From: Orbicella franksi
Taxonomy: Eukaryota
Length of the DNA: 64,000 bases
Reading direction: 5' to 3'
NCBI GenBank assembly: GCA_964199315.1
Contig: OZ116707.1
Span: 8,246,001 to 8,310,000 of the forward strand
The notes beneath the pieces were generated by a model. The model was given only the letters and a program-made list of their open reading frames with translations. It did not search any database and was not told the origin of the DNA. Both the position numbers and the translations under genes were made by a program. Of the stretch, positions 1-13,007 are shown in pieces (position 1 is the stretch's first letter; each line of letters starts with the position of its first letter).

Positions 1-713
1 ACAGTCCCAATCACAGGGTCATCCAGGCTGTTTGGTTGTACATATAACTGCACAACTGTATATGAATTCAGCTTCCAGAAGAAAATCAGAGTTTGTCAGG
101 ATAAATACTGATGTTCTTGCTTACTCAATGAATGAATGTGCAGTTCCAGAAGATATTCACACCCAACACCCATTCACGGCCAGTCTTTAGAAATTCCAAA
201 TTAAAGTATCAGGAATCAAGAGCTCTAATAGAGAAAAAACCTCCATGTGGGGTATGAATCTTTTCTTGAAGAAAACAATGTCTGAGAAATCATTAATTAC
301 AAAATAATGTTTAAGAAACATCTTACCTTTCAGAGAATTTTGTAATCTACACTGTCTGGCCAGTTCATATACATGTATTTGACAAGTTGACACTGGGCAT
401 GTTTGTAAATTTGTGCACTTCAACATCACATTACTATGTAGTAGCACTGGCCAACTAAAAACAAACAGCATAATTTGGTTAATTAATATACACTGTACAT
501 TATTAGGTTGAAATATTGGTGTAGATTGTTGCACATCAACAGACACAGAAACTATTTGCACCTGAATCATAATGAGTGAAAAATCGTGCATGAGACATTT
601 ACATGTACATGTAACAGCCCTCCACCTCAGAACCATCACAGATATGATATGATATTTTTAAACTCTCTGAAATTTCAGATTATTCAAGATTAACATATGC
701 ACATACATCATCT

Positions 714-2054
714 GGGGCAACCCTAAAACACTGAATTTGGAAACCGAAACCCGGAATCCAGAATCTGGAACCAAAAACCAGAATCTGGAATCCAGATATT
801 ATGAATGATGATAGAAATAATTCACTTCAGCAATGTCTAATAAATAAATATGAGCAAAAATCATTTTGTTGTTATTTATTTTCTTGGCTTTACTTCAGCC
901 ACAGACTGTAATTGCTAAAAAATTATTGACTAGTTCTGAACCACCCTTAGCTATATATCTGGCCCCATCGTTCAAAAGCTGCATAAAGCTATTCATTGGG
1001 TACATCACTATCCAGTCAGGGTTACTGATTTTTTGGGTGGATAGAGTTACTCATAGCCTGCGAGCAGGCTCTAGTATCTGTCTCTATTGTCTGAGCAGGC
1101 TAAATAGGTGTCTAGTGTTTTTCTGCATTGGCATGTCACCAAGAGCCTTCATGCGGCTTTGCTACTCACACCCCCAGCCCAAACACGAGAGCCTGCTCAT
1201 AGGCTAAGTTACCCATCTTTTGTTCAAGCTGGCCCTGGTGAGAGCCCGGTTCTTGTCTAGATCAAATTGCTCTGAGAAGACTGGTGAGCAGCACATTAAC
1301 AACACGCTATTATAGGCTATTGCAGTGAGTTTCTGGCAGTCTTTTAGCATCTTTGAACAGCATGTGGTCTGATCTGTCAACAAGTGAGAAGCAGACGGAA
1401 GTAAGTGTGCAACATTTCTACAAATTGTTTTAATATGATGGCCGCCAAGAATATGAAATGCTGATTTGTCACAGTATCAGTGTGGAAATTGTGTTAATCT
1501 GGAATTGGTCTCGTATCTGTTGGAAAAATCAAATTTCATATTTAGACCAGACGGGTTAGCCCTTGGACTTCGAAATTGGGGGGCGTGACCGTCAATGTAC
1601 AGGGAGCTGCCACTGATGGATATCCTGTTCTCTATGACATTTTCTATCTTGTTCAGTATGTACTAGACTTAAAGGATAAATTTATACTTCCGGTAAATTG
1701 AAGATCACTTATTAAACAAAATGGCAATAACCAGCAAGCTTATTTTAGACACTCTCGAGGTGCTTGGAATAAAATTAAGACGCACTTTACTGAGATTCTC
1801 ATAATCATAGCCCTCACTAAAAATAACAGTTGCACAATTTCAACAGACGGGGAATTTTTCTTTCAAAAAAGGTTAAGTTTGAGGTCCTTTTTACTTGGCA
1901 GCTTACTTTTTACAGTCGAAAAGCTAAGCAAAACAATTTTCGCGTATTTGAAGAACTTATTTTCTTTGATTTGTGGATTCCAGCTTCCAGTTTCTGGATT
2001 CCGGTTTTTGGTTCCAGATTCCGGATTCCGGTTTCTGGGTTTTAGGGTTGCCCC
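714..2054. mobile_element. Non-autonomous TIR element (about 1.34 kb) with subterminal CCGGAAT/CCAGAAT repeats
   Basis: GGGGCAACCCTAAAAC at 714 and its reverse complement GTTTTAGGGTTGCCCC ending at 2054. Both are followed inward by about 70 bp of mutually inverted GGAATCC-type repeats (739-795 vs 1975-2037). No clean TSD and no coding region. Confidence 0.6.
1054..1206. mobile_element. Short MITE flanked by TA, nested in the 714-2054 element
   Basis: TAGCCTGCGAGCAGGCTCT (1054-1072) pairs with AGAGCCTGCTCATAGGCTA (1188-1206) with 2 mismatches; TA at both ends. Confidence 0.6.
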
Positions 2055-5000
2055 ATATTTAACGTATTGTTTGCTTCACATTCAGTTTACACATGGCTGT
2101 TATCCAGCATAGGCAGACTTATAAGTTTTCCTTCAAAAATATATTGCAACAACTATTGCATCTTTCGCTACCTATTCTTGTGATGAAATGACACAAAATT
2201 CAAGAACAAGAAGTCATAAGCATAAAACTAACTTACATGGTAGTGCTTACAGTTCCTCTTACTGTCTGCATATGCTGTCCATAAACTGATGCTGCCTGGA
2301 CAATGTACTCATTATTTTTCTGATCACACCTTTTAAAACGTCACTGTTATATAATTTGTCCTGAAAAAGCAATACATGAAATGTTATGCCTTTGGCACTC
2401 ACCAAATACCTTTACATGATGTATAATGTACACCATATCAACATTCACAATTCTCTTTACTTTCATTGTAACTCTTTTGTGTCATTTTCCCTCACTTGAA
2501 GACAGGACTTCCACATTAGGTTATAATTTGCCTCTGGAATCTCTATGAATTCACAGGGAGTGATAACAATTAAATCATGACTAATTTAAGCAAAGGAGGC
2601 GTTCAAATGTCAGATTTTAATGCTAAGTTTATACAGTAACTTTACATTACTCTTCGTACATATATATAACCTCTCAATTATTGCACCTATAGACAGAAGG
2701 TGTGCTGGGGGAAGAAATGTTCTAAACTCTCTGAACTTTTCCCCCTTACCTGTAATAGGATGACTATTATGAACTACGGTTTGTAACCAACACCAACATC
2801 AGTTTATGTATACACATGTATATTTTGTTGTCGTCTGTAATCATAAAAAATAAAAATTTAAAATCCTCCATAAAGTTCACACTCAATAACACTGCTACAT
2901 GTAGCGCTGTTACTGGAAATCAATTTAAGTGAAACTGTTGAAACAGCTCTGCCAAAATTTTTCCTAGCAGTTAAGGCAGGATAACAGAATATACATGTAG
3001 CACACAGCAAAGGCTAGAGATACACACATGTTAGTTATCAGTTAGGATTTGGTGAGCTTCTGTGCTGTAGGTATGGTGGAAAATAATAGATTATCAGAAA
3101 TGAAGGTTCCTGAGACATTTTGACAGCACTGAGAGGAATTAATATATAAATTCACAAAAGAAGGAGAAGTTCTTGCCCTGTCCAGTTCTCTGTAATAAAA
3201 ATATCATTTACATATGAGTCATTTATATGTGGTTTGTGTTTAAAGCCGATATAATGCACACTCTGATTGGCCAATTCCAGTGCATTATTTACATTTACAT
3301 GGTATACCTCGGTAAAACCATAAAACATTTTGTGCGACTAAAATAAAAAATATAAAAAATAAAAAGAAATGCCTAATTCATAACAATTTAAAATACTCAA
3401 CACTAAAACGAATGTAATTCTTTACTTGAAAAATATTCTCCCGTAATGCCCATGGGTCAATTACAGGCATGCTAAAAAGTCCTAACACAAAGTAAAAGGA
3501 AATTAAGAAAACTATTGCTTTTTTCTGGAAAATTGTAGCGACTGAAGACAATGATGGAACACTCTGAGAGTGCTTTCTATCAACCTGATGAGATAAAATT
3601 TAAGGAGAATAGAGAATTCATGAAGTTATATCACAAACAAATTGGTACAGGACAGGAGAAAGGAAACTGTACAGCCAGGAAGAAACTGAAACTTTCTTCG
3701 ACCAGCAAAAAAGTATGCATGCACAACAAAGAAAACAGTCTGTGACATTCATTTAATAAGTTAGTAAATAAAAAATTAGTGTGAAGAAGAGAGCAAAGAG
3801 AGAGAGAATGGAGATAGGAGAGTGTTCTCTCCAACTAAATTGTGTATATATGTATGTAAAAGTTATTCTTATTACTGAGAAATGGTCAGGGCAAGAACTT
3901 CTATTACACTGTTCAATTTACCGAGTTAATTAGTACTATCTCACTTTTTTGGAACATTTCCATGTTAAGTGTAAATACCGCATTGGGGAATAACCTCTTA
4001 TTAACAAAATACGGTCAATGTACCCCCAACCAAAAGCAATGGCACAAATAACATGAAATAGCCAATCAAAATCAAAGCAGAGCTTTATTTGCAGACAGGA
4101 TTGCCATGCATAATCGTCTACTCGACATTTTGGACTATATAAGCATTTCACCAAACCGAACTAATTGGACAGACAACAAAATAAAACGAGGAAATCTACA
4201 TTATAAAAACAAGATGCATATCACTACATCTGAGCTCGAGTATCAACAGCAAATCCCTTTTCAATGAACGGTGACCGAATAAAAGAGAGGATAAAGAAAA
4301 TTCGTTTAAGCTTGCGGTGTTAAAGTTGAAAAATTATTCACGCTTAAATTTGAATATTACTGAGAGTCTGTATTTTTGCCGACGGCTTAATTTAGCTATG
4401 CAGTCATTTTATTGGCAGTAGCTTTACCAGTCTTCAACCAATTTAACCTCAGAATTCACAAAAGCATTTCGCCAAACCGAATAAATTGAACTAACAAAAC
4501 GAGGAAATCTCCATACTTTGTAATCACAATATGCAAATATTCACATAGGAACAAAAGTAAATTTAGCAATCCTGTTCGCTTCGGCTTAAAATGGTTTGTA
4601 GACCTTTCTTGGTTCAGTTTTCAACAACAGAAGAACAAATTTTAGCAGTCTACGAAGCGGCAGTGCTAACTAAATCAGAGAAAACTTCAAAACTCGCCCG
4701 GCCGTGTTTACAAGTACGATTTTGGTTAAGCTTATTTTTAGATGTGAGGTTATAAGCTTAAATTCACGACGAAAATCGATAGAAAACATAATTTGTTTAC
4801 AACTTACAGCAACCTCCAAAGCGACCCACGTGTTATTGTTTAGAGACGAGCGAAATTAAAACAATGCAATTTTTAAAATCTCTTACAGCATGGCTTCAAA
4901 TAAGGAAGACTCTTAATGGATTCCAATTGAAAATAAGCTTATATCGCCAAGGAAACTTGTTAATTTTCATACCAAACGCAACAACAAAAGTCACTTACTG

Positions 5001-5640
5001 CAAGTTGGCAATTCAGTTCGGCCAGTGTAAATCTTCCAGGCAGAAACTTGCAGCAACAGTTGTCAAGACTAAACTGAAGTTATATTTTTGATAGAGCAAC
5101 GAATCAACCACTTCTTTCCGCTACGTTTACTGTTTTGCAATTTCTCTAAAACACTCGGGTACATTTGATTTCTCTAATGTTCATCACCTGACCAAATCAG
5201 GTGACTTTTGAATTTTCTTGCACGGCTGCACAGCATCACGTTCGCGCGAATTTTGAACTTGGCCATGGGGAGTTCGGCAGTCTTCTGAATCAATTTGTCG
5301 GGTACTTTTGCCTCCTTTCTATAGCCCTCGTTAGCTTTGGTTAACGGTATTGTTCGGTATTATTTCACCTCCTTTCTCTAGCCCTTGACTAGCTATAATT
5401 CACGGCATTGTTCAGTACTGTTTCGCCTCCTTCCCCAGCGCTGGCCCGCTCAGTCTTTTTCGCGATCTTCTTCGCTACTTCTTTGCCTGTTAATTCTTGC
5501 TTTCTGTCTTTTGCTTCAGCGCAACCCTGTCTTAAAAATATTAAATCAACCTCCACTATCGTTTTTCTTTAAAAATCCCGCCAAGAAAAATGGCATTCAC
5601 CCGCTACCAACTGAGGGTGCATGTCTCTGTCAACCTATTA

Positions 5641-5800
5641 GCTGGAGTATGGCCGCCATCTTGCGCGACTCCGTCGTCGTCGTCGTCGTCACCGTCGTGC
5701 GTACGCGCCCACGAGCAATACTGCTAGCCATGATAACCATGAGAAAATCAATTCATGGGTTTCCTTTTCTTCCCTATATGGGTATGGGGCTCCGCCGGAG
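5641..5800. repeat. Interspersed repeat with a (GTC)n tract
   Basis: GC-rich island with (GTC)n at about 5672-5697 in AT-rich surroundings. It resembles a repeat I recall from coral assemblies; not verified. Confidence 0.35.
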
Positions 5801-7596
5801 CTCCGCTATTAATGCACCTATGTCGATCCGATCAGTGGTAGTCATGTTTTGGTTTTCTATAACGTATCCAATGTTTACTTCTTTTCTATTGGTTTTGTAA
5901 TCGGACCTTTAAGCGTCACCACGCGCATATAAAAGCTGAGTTAGCGTCCCTTTAAGTAGTTTTTCGTTCCATCTCGCGTGGCCTTGTCAACCTTGAACTC
6001 TTGATGTTTTTTGATTTCCTAACCCTTGGCTCAAGCGGGACCGATATGTGAGTACCTTTGTCATTTTGATTAGGTTACGTTTTATAGCTATGGGCGAAGG
6101 AATACAAAGGAACAGTTGTACAATGTTAATTAATTTATAGTCTTCTAAATTAGAAAATGTTCTTAATGTTACTAGAGTGAACGCCCACCTTTTAGATTCG
6201 AAAGCATTGAGCTGTTAATCAGTTCCTGTTAATCAGTTGTGTATTTCTGTGATCAAATCTTATTTAGTATCTTAGCGTGGTATTTACACTGGCCATTTTT
6301 TACCTCATGGTATGTACTTCATACCATGAGGTATAGTGATGGTTGGATTTGTCACTCCATTCCGTTAGACAATTAATTTATGCATTAAATCCACATTAAA
6401 GATGAATTAAACACGTTTTCCCCTGTCCCCTATACTAGGTTTGGTTTTGTCACAAAGTCGTGTCATTGTTTTATGTTCATATACGTGGGGGGAGGGGGTG
6501 GGACAAAGGTGGCAGTACATGTTTACAAAATGGCGTCTGTTGTGTCGAGCCCGACGCAAAAATTGTCAAGGCGAGTTTTCTTTCCTTTCGCTCCATCTTT
6601 GATCAAAGTACACTTTTGACGACCTCACAAACGAACAGGAAATGTACTCAAGGGAGTTTGAGGGGAAAGAAATGGGTTTTAAAGTCTTAAAAGTTACGAT
6701 GTCTCCGAGATACATTGGGATGACGAGGAATAGAATACACAAAACGAACTATTCGAAATGAATGCTTTATGGTCTGGGGAAAAAGGTAAGCTGCCCTCCT
6801 TCTACTGTATTGCATTTTGAATTTTCTAAAAATACTCGCAGGACGTATGCTTTAAAATTAAATGCGCTTTTAATATTTCGCAATTCGCTGGGAAGCTGTT
6901 CGGAAAATGTCACATGACAAAGGAGATCGATGAAGCTTTCGTCAAGTTCCCCTTTCGCTGGGACTTAAATGCCACAACTGCGACAAGCTATAGAGATTGA
7001 ACACAACTGCCAAACAAATGCTAAATACAATATACGCCAAATAACAAATACCATAACAAATACAAAATATCAAACAACAAATAAATGCCAAACAGATGAT
7101 CTGTTACCTGCCGAATACCACCTGAAATACACCAAGGTCAGGAGCAATTGATTATCGAAGGTAATCCTACAATACCCGAGCAGTTTGAAAATCAAAATAA
7201 AATACCAGTTCAGTTGTCAAGTAATTGTCAGTACAGAAATGCAGATAAAAATGTGAATGTATGGAATTCTGAGCTACCATTGTCTCCCATCCTCAGTTTA
7301 GAATGACACGTGAAAGAGAACCCTCCATAATTTCTTACAAAATGGTTACCAGACTTTCTAATGGCAAAAAGATAAATAAATAAATAAAAAATTTTAAAAA
7401 ATGTCGCTGAAATTATACATTAGAAATTAATGTCACGAAATCCTCCAAGCTGAAGGCTATGTTGTGTGGATACCATAGTTGTCATTTCTTAGAGTGATAT
7501 AGAGGTTTAAAATTCATGATTTTCTCAAAGAAGTATTTCATTAGACAAAGTTTAAGTTTGTGTATTTTTTGAACAAGAACTCCAAAGCATAAAAAC

Positions 7597-8248
7597 TTGC
7601 CTCTGTTTTGTATGATAGCTGAAGGTAATATTTTCAGAAAATTAAGGCAGCTCCAAATGAAAACGTATCATTTTTTGAGCAGAATCATATCATTGAGTGG
7701 AGATATGGAGTCAAATCCTGGTCCTGCAAATGAGTACCGGTATTGCATATCAGTACCTTTTATATCACCCACAAATTCTGTCTGTTTATTAGAATTCAGA
7801 TTGTCTCAGTTAGGCAGAACTGCACTTGATGTTGAAGGAGGTGGTGATTGCTTTTTTAGGGCTGTATCACATCAACTCTATGGAAATCCTAATAGTCATT
7901 TCTATGTGCGCAGTGTTGGCATTCAGTATTTAGTGAATCACCCTGAACAATTTTATAGAGAGTAAAACTGAGCATTCTTGGCAAGGTTATTTGGAAAGAA
8001 AGTCATGTCAAGGAACATGGGCTGATGCTATCATAATTCAAGCTGTTGCCAATTGTCTTAATTTATCAATTCATATTGCTGAATCAAATCCAACTTTTTC
8101 TCCAGTTACTGTTGTTGAACCAGTGAATGTTACAAATGCCCTAAACATTTGCATTGGACACCTAGATGAATTTCATTATGTTTCCATAGTAGAAAACAGA
8201 ACAATGGAGATAAGTGACAACAGCAAACAAACAAAGAAATGCAAATGA
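7597..8248 (+). pseudogene. 2A-like (StopGo) peptide followed by an OTU cysteine protease, frameshifted near 7960
   Basis: SLSGDMESNPGP (motif 7702-7725); OTU motifs GGGDCFFRAVSHQLYG, GTWADAIIIQAVANCLNLSIHI and IGHLDEFHYVS across ORFs 7597-7965 and 7991-8248. Confidence 0.8.
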
Positions 8249-8639
8249 AAACAAACCAGTTAATAACAGTGAAAAACGTAAAGCTTACAGAAGAAAATAC
8301 ATGAGAGAATACATGAAAGACAAGAGCTGATGATAACGTTAGAATAAATGAGAATCAAAAACGAGTACAAGGCTGCAACATTAATAGCAAAACATCTAGG
8401 AACAAGAAACAACAGGCTGCTAAAAGAACAAAATTGAACCCAGAACATGTCAGAGAAATTGAGCAGCGCTCCTTCAGAAAACGAAAATCAGGTAACCCAT
8501 AGCACATAAGGCAAATAACCAAACAGTTGGTAAGAAACAGACAAAAGGCTGGGGCTCTGGCAAGTGTATCACTACTAACATGTAGCAGTCATGAGTTGCA
8601 GCCACAAGAAAACAAGTGCAATGCAATTTCTATGATAAA

Positions 8640-9240
8640 TTTGTTTTACAAAAAACATTGCATGTGGCCCAGAATATGTATGCACTTGTTGTGACCAATT
8701 GTGGTTCAAGTGCTCTGTAGTGAAATGTGATCCAAACAAATATAGGGCTTGTTCACTAGAAATTGTCGACTCCTGTCTTACTGGTTTTAAAAGTGTCAAT
8801 GACACTGAATGGATCTGCAGGACTTGCAATAAAAGTCTAAAAAAAAGTCTGAAAAAGCAATTGTCTAACTTGCAATACAAAAGGTCTAAAACAAGGCAGG
8901 TTACCCATCTGTTCTAAAGCCAATAAGATGGGTTATCCTTGTAAGCCTAATGCATTGAATTTCACATCACTATAAGAGCGACTAATATCACCTCGTATAC
9001 CGTTTACGGAATTCCATGAACTATCTAGGGTTGGTCAATTGTCTATTCATGGAAACATTGTCAATGTGCCAAGTGATGTAAATTTGACTGTTCATTGTCT
9101 CCCAAGGCCAAGAACCAAATCACAGACCATTCCAATAAAACTTAAAAGGCGACTTGGTTACAAGCATCACTATCAGTTTCAGATTGTCAGACCTAAGAAA
9201 GTATTAGATGCAGCCAAATATGTTATAGACACGTGAATTA
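8640..9240 (+). pseudogene. Helitron/Helentron N-terminal Cys-rich and DUF6570-like region, degraded
   Basis: GPEYVCTCCDQLWFK, WICRTC, ERLISPRIPF, GQLSIHGNIVNVPSDV and TIPIKLKRRLGYKHHYQFQIVRPKKVLDAAKY are motifs typical of the region upstream of Rep in animal Helitron polyproteins. Confidence 0.7.
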
Positions 9241-10103
9241 TTTAAAACTGAAGGCATAAAAGTGCAAAATGCATGGCTAGATGGCATAACTTCGCGACCC
9301 ATGAAGAGTGGGGTGAGTTTGTTCAAAACCCTAACACATCCAGTGCTGATGTACAAACTAATGACATCTTCACAAATTGTCAAAACAATATTTGCACTGC
9401 TGATGTTCATAATCCAGACAGAGAAAAAGACACTAAAAGGATTACCAGTGTTTCCTGTCAAAATGTTATATATATTAGATGAAGACCTTATTTCTATAAA
9501 CATGCTCAACTAATGGCTGCTTATTAACATGATGCACTTTTCAACTTGACACCTTACAAATGCAACACTTCTTAGTTCCAAAAGAGGCAAAGGCCAGTAC
9601 TTCATAGAATAATTACCACATACCATGAGGTAGCTCGAAGGAGCCTTTGATTGATGTATTGTTATTCGATTTTGTTATGTTATTGATTCCTAATTGTTAG
9701 TTTGTCTTGTGTAAGTTTTGACTATTTGTTACGCAACTTTTCCGCTAAATTGATAGAAATTCGTCACATATTGTTATTTCAGTTTATGATCGTTTAATTT
9801 GATGCAGTGCATTGCTGATACCATCAACTTTGGTTTTCCGTAGTTTACTTGTCTACCCTTGAAGGCGACCTGTAAAGTAGTCCCACCCACTAGTTTGTCC
9901 TGACACACCTCGAGCTCGTTTTGTTTCGTCTCATTTTGGAATTTGCCAGTCGCTGCAGACACTACAGTAACAAATACAAAGACAGTGGGGACACTTACAT
10001 CGCCTACACATGTATGTTATGGCAATAACATTGCAATTTTGCTTTTATTTGAAGATATGTCAATCATTTATGTGAAATTAATTCTGATTTGTTAAAAATC
10101 TAG

Positions 10104-11914
10104 GAAATAGTTAAACCCTCAACATCAACAGATCTAGAGCCCAAACCAGGTTGTTCCTCATCATTTGAAGAAAAAGAGGTAATAACTGTAATTTCTTAAC
10201 TGCAAATTAGGCCTTTGCATGCATACATTCATGTAGTTCAACTTTACCCCTTTAGTTAGTAGCCTTGTTTTCATCACATTTCCTCTCAAACCTCTGACAG
10301 ACTGACACTTGTTAAATATATTTTTTTCATGTTAATTTGTAACTTTTAGTTAGGGATTCAGTCATGATAAAATGTATACAGTTTGCACTTTGAAAGCAAG
10401 GCGAAATTAAGCATGCAGTGTTAACATTTTGTGAAATCATAATGCAATGAGGACACAAAGGTTGATTTCCTTTATTATTTTTTAGGTGGGGAGAACACCA
10501 TACCAGCCACCAGCAAAGGTAAATTCAACTAGATTTGCCCTGTTTTTACATTAATTCAATAACAGTCAGACTTACAACCCAAAAAGTACTTAAAGTTAAT
10601 CTCATTGAATTTCAGATAACCATCTCAGGAAAAACTACAACTGTAAGCTGAAGGAAAATGGTTGTAAATTCAATTTACCAAAAACAGAATTGAGTTATTG
10701 GGATTGGAAGTGTCATCATATATGATGTACATAAAGAATGCTTAACTTCAAGTTTTAGCTTTGTATTTAAATGAATTGATTTTGTCTTGAATTCAGGTTA
10801 TAATGACTCAAACAAGAAAGCAGCTAGAATTCACTGAGGAAGCTTCTGGGGTTCTGCTGTCACAACCTGTGGCCATAGAAGGTATTAATTTACATTCAAA
10901 ACTCTTCATTAAATAAAGGACCTCCTCCCCCCCCCCCCCCCCAATAATGGCAAGTAATTTACACTCATGATGCCAAAATGATCCTGAGGGTTGAATAATT
11001 TGCATTAATAACTTTGGTTAATCTCCCTTAATTAAGTGGCAACAGATATTCTTCCCAAATTTTGAACAATCACAAACAGATATAAGCAAAAAACTAAATA
11101 ATCCAATTTTCACAGAAACATTACACCAATATGTACCATACATCTGCCTTGTAATATGTCAAGTAAACTGAAGTCACTTGCTATCACAGAATCACTGACT
11201 AAGAATTTTTTGGATTAAAACCAGGTGTTGTGTTAAGACTTGTCTTCGAATCAGTATTAGTAGCCTATTCACAAAAGGAATTCTCCTGACTGCATAAATT
11301 TGATTATTAAAAATAACTATATTCATAAGTGTAATGGAGTCAATCTCAGTATCTTTTTCTCCGTTAGAGCCAGACAAGACAAGTGACAATTGCTTTAAAT
11401 GTGGACTGAAATACAGTACATCAAAGAAAGGCACAAAACAATGGGTTGCTTGTGACAAATGCAAAAGTTGGTATCACTTGTAAGCATTCTCATATGAATT
11501 TTAATCATAGATTGCTCACAGCAATATTAATTAGTTATATGAATATTTACTACAAAGAATGGGCAATAAGTAAATGATACTCAAACATTTGGTATGAAAA
11601 CATGTTCAAGAATGGTCAGTGAGAAGACCAGCATATATTTCAAGTGCTATTCAGAACAATGGTAAATTAAAGAAATTTTTCATTATTCTTATCTAGTGAT
11701 CCTCTTCAGATGAGGGAAAATTTAGTTTAGAAACCAATCCCTTAATAGTGAATTATTGACAATTGAAGCAATGTACAAGGGACGTCCTTTTAAGGAATTC
11801 TAATTAATAGTTTTTGTTAATTTATATTTACAGTGAATGCAGTGGATTAAAGACCCTTCCTGGAGAAAAGGATCCTTATATGCGAAAGAATGGAAATGCA
11901 TAGCTTCTCCTTAG
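10104..11914 (+). pseudogene. Six-exon gene fragment ending in a PHD finger
   Basis: Phase-consistent GT-AG exons 10104-10178, 10486-10518, 10616-10642, 10797-10881, 11368-11479 and 11834-11914. They give CFKC...WVACDKCKSWYHFECSGL...EWKCIAS, with a frameshift and a Cys-to-Ser change in the last exon. Confidence 0.7.
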
Positions 11915-13007
11915 CGGTTGTTTATTTCTTGCATCTGCAAGAGAGACTAAAAAGTTCCCAAGTTAATGGTTTCAATAAACTGCAAATTGTAAATTTGTGA
12001 CAAAAGAAACCAAGAAAGTGCTCAAATATTGCTCCAGACTCAGCGGCACCTAATGAAAGTGCAAATTAATGTAATCAGTCTTTGGGGCAACTTGTACACC
12101 GATGCTGGTTAATATCCACCAAGTAGCGATGTTTACCTTCCGTGATTATCTAATAAGTGACTATCCGATAAGTAAATTAGTTCTTGTTCATGGGTGATAA
12201 GAAAATTTGCCTTTTGAGAAAAAAAATTGTTTCCCTTCCATTTCTTCACTTTCTTTTATCCCTAAAAAACAAGCACATCTTACATGTGTTTCAGAGAAAA
12301 CAAGGCTTTCATGTTACAAACCTTTGCAAGGAAAACAAAAGTATCAGGTTACAAAGTTGGGCGAAGAGCTAAATTGTCATGTTTGTTTAAGGTATTATTG
12401 AATTTGCAATAAACAAAAATCGTCGTAAAACCCCAGAGTAAAATTTAAAAGCTGCCTTGATAAACAGTAATTGTATGTCATGTTTGGACCTTGAATGAAA
12501 ATACAACCTTGAAACATATGCACTGCTAAGGGGAAGAGCCCTTAGCTGAGACTACCAAGGTAGACATAAACTGGAAGTGAATGGAGCAGGGGTGAGTACT
12601 TACTCAGTATCGGACTACCGTGCCAGAGCTATCAATTGCACTCTGCACTACATGTATCTGAGATTGTCTCACTAGTTTGATGTAAGAATGCATGGGCTTC
12701 TGTTGAGCCCACGAGCTATAGTTAAATGTAGTGAAAATTAAAAATAGAGAGATTAAGCAAAACCTTATATGGCAAGTGGCACACTTGAGCTTGACTTTCA
12801 TTGTGTTTCATTTTTGTAGAATTCTTAAAGAAATCCTTCAGAGAACAATATAAATCACACATTCACTACAAACACAAACCTACTCATTTCCATATAAAAC
12901 ATCTAACAATAGATTGTAGAAGTGGAATTTTTGCCCTTCGCAGGGAAAAGCAAACGCCATTCTTTGTATCTGTAATAACATGTACATGTATGCCAACAGC
13001 TTATCAA

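Larger units (their letters stand above)
6296..9648 (+). mobile_element. Internally deleted Helentron (Helitron2/HINE-like) with intact termini
   Basis: 5' end: T run, then TACCTCATGGTATG-tactt-CATACCATGAGGTA, a perfect 14-bp hairpin (6301-6333). 3' end: the same 14-mer CATACCATGAGGTA (9619-9632), a GCTC-gaag-GAGC stem-loop (9633-9644), then TTT. Inside: OTU and Helitron N-terminal coding relics; Rep and helicase are missing. Confidence 0.85.

Noticed and set aside
187-1207. ORFs 187-639 (-) and 866-1207 (+)
   Set aside because: No motifs; composition fits AT-rich non-coding DNA, and the second overlaps a MITE.
5385-5900. 171-aa membrane-protein-like ORF
   Set aside because: It spans a degenerate tandem repeat and the (GTC)n interspersed repeat; no recognisable domain.
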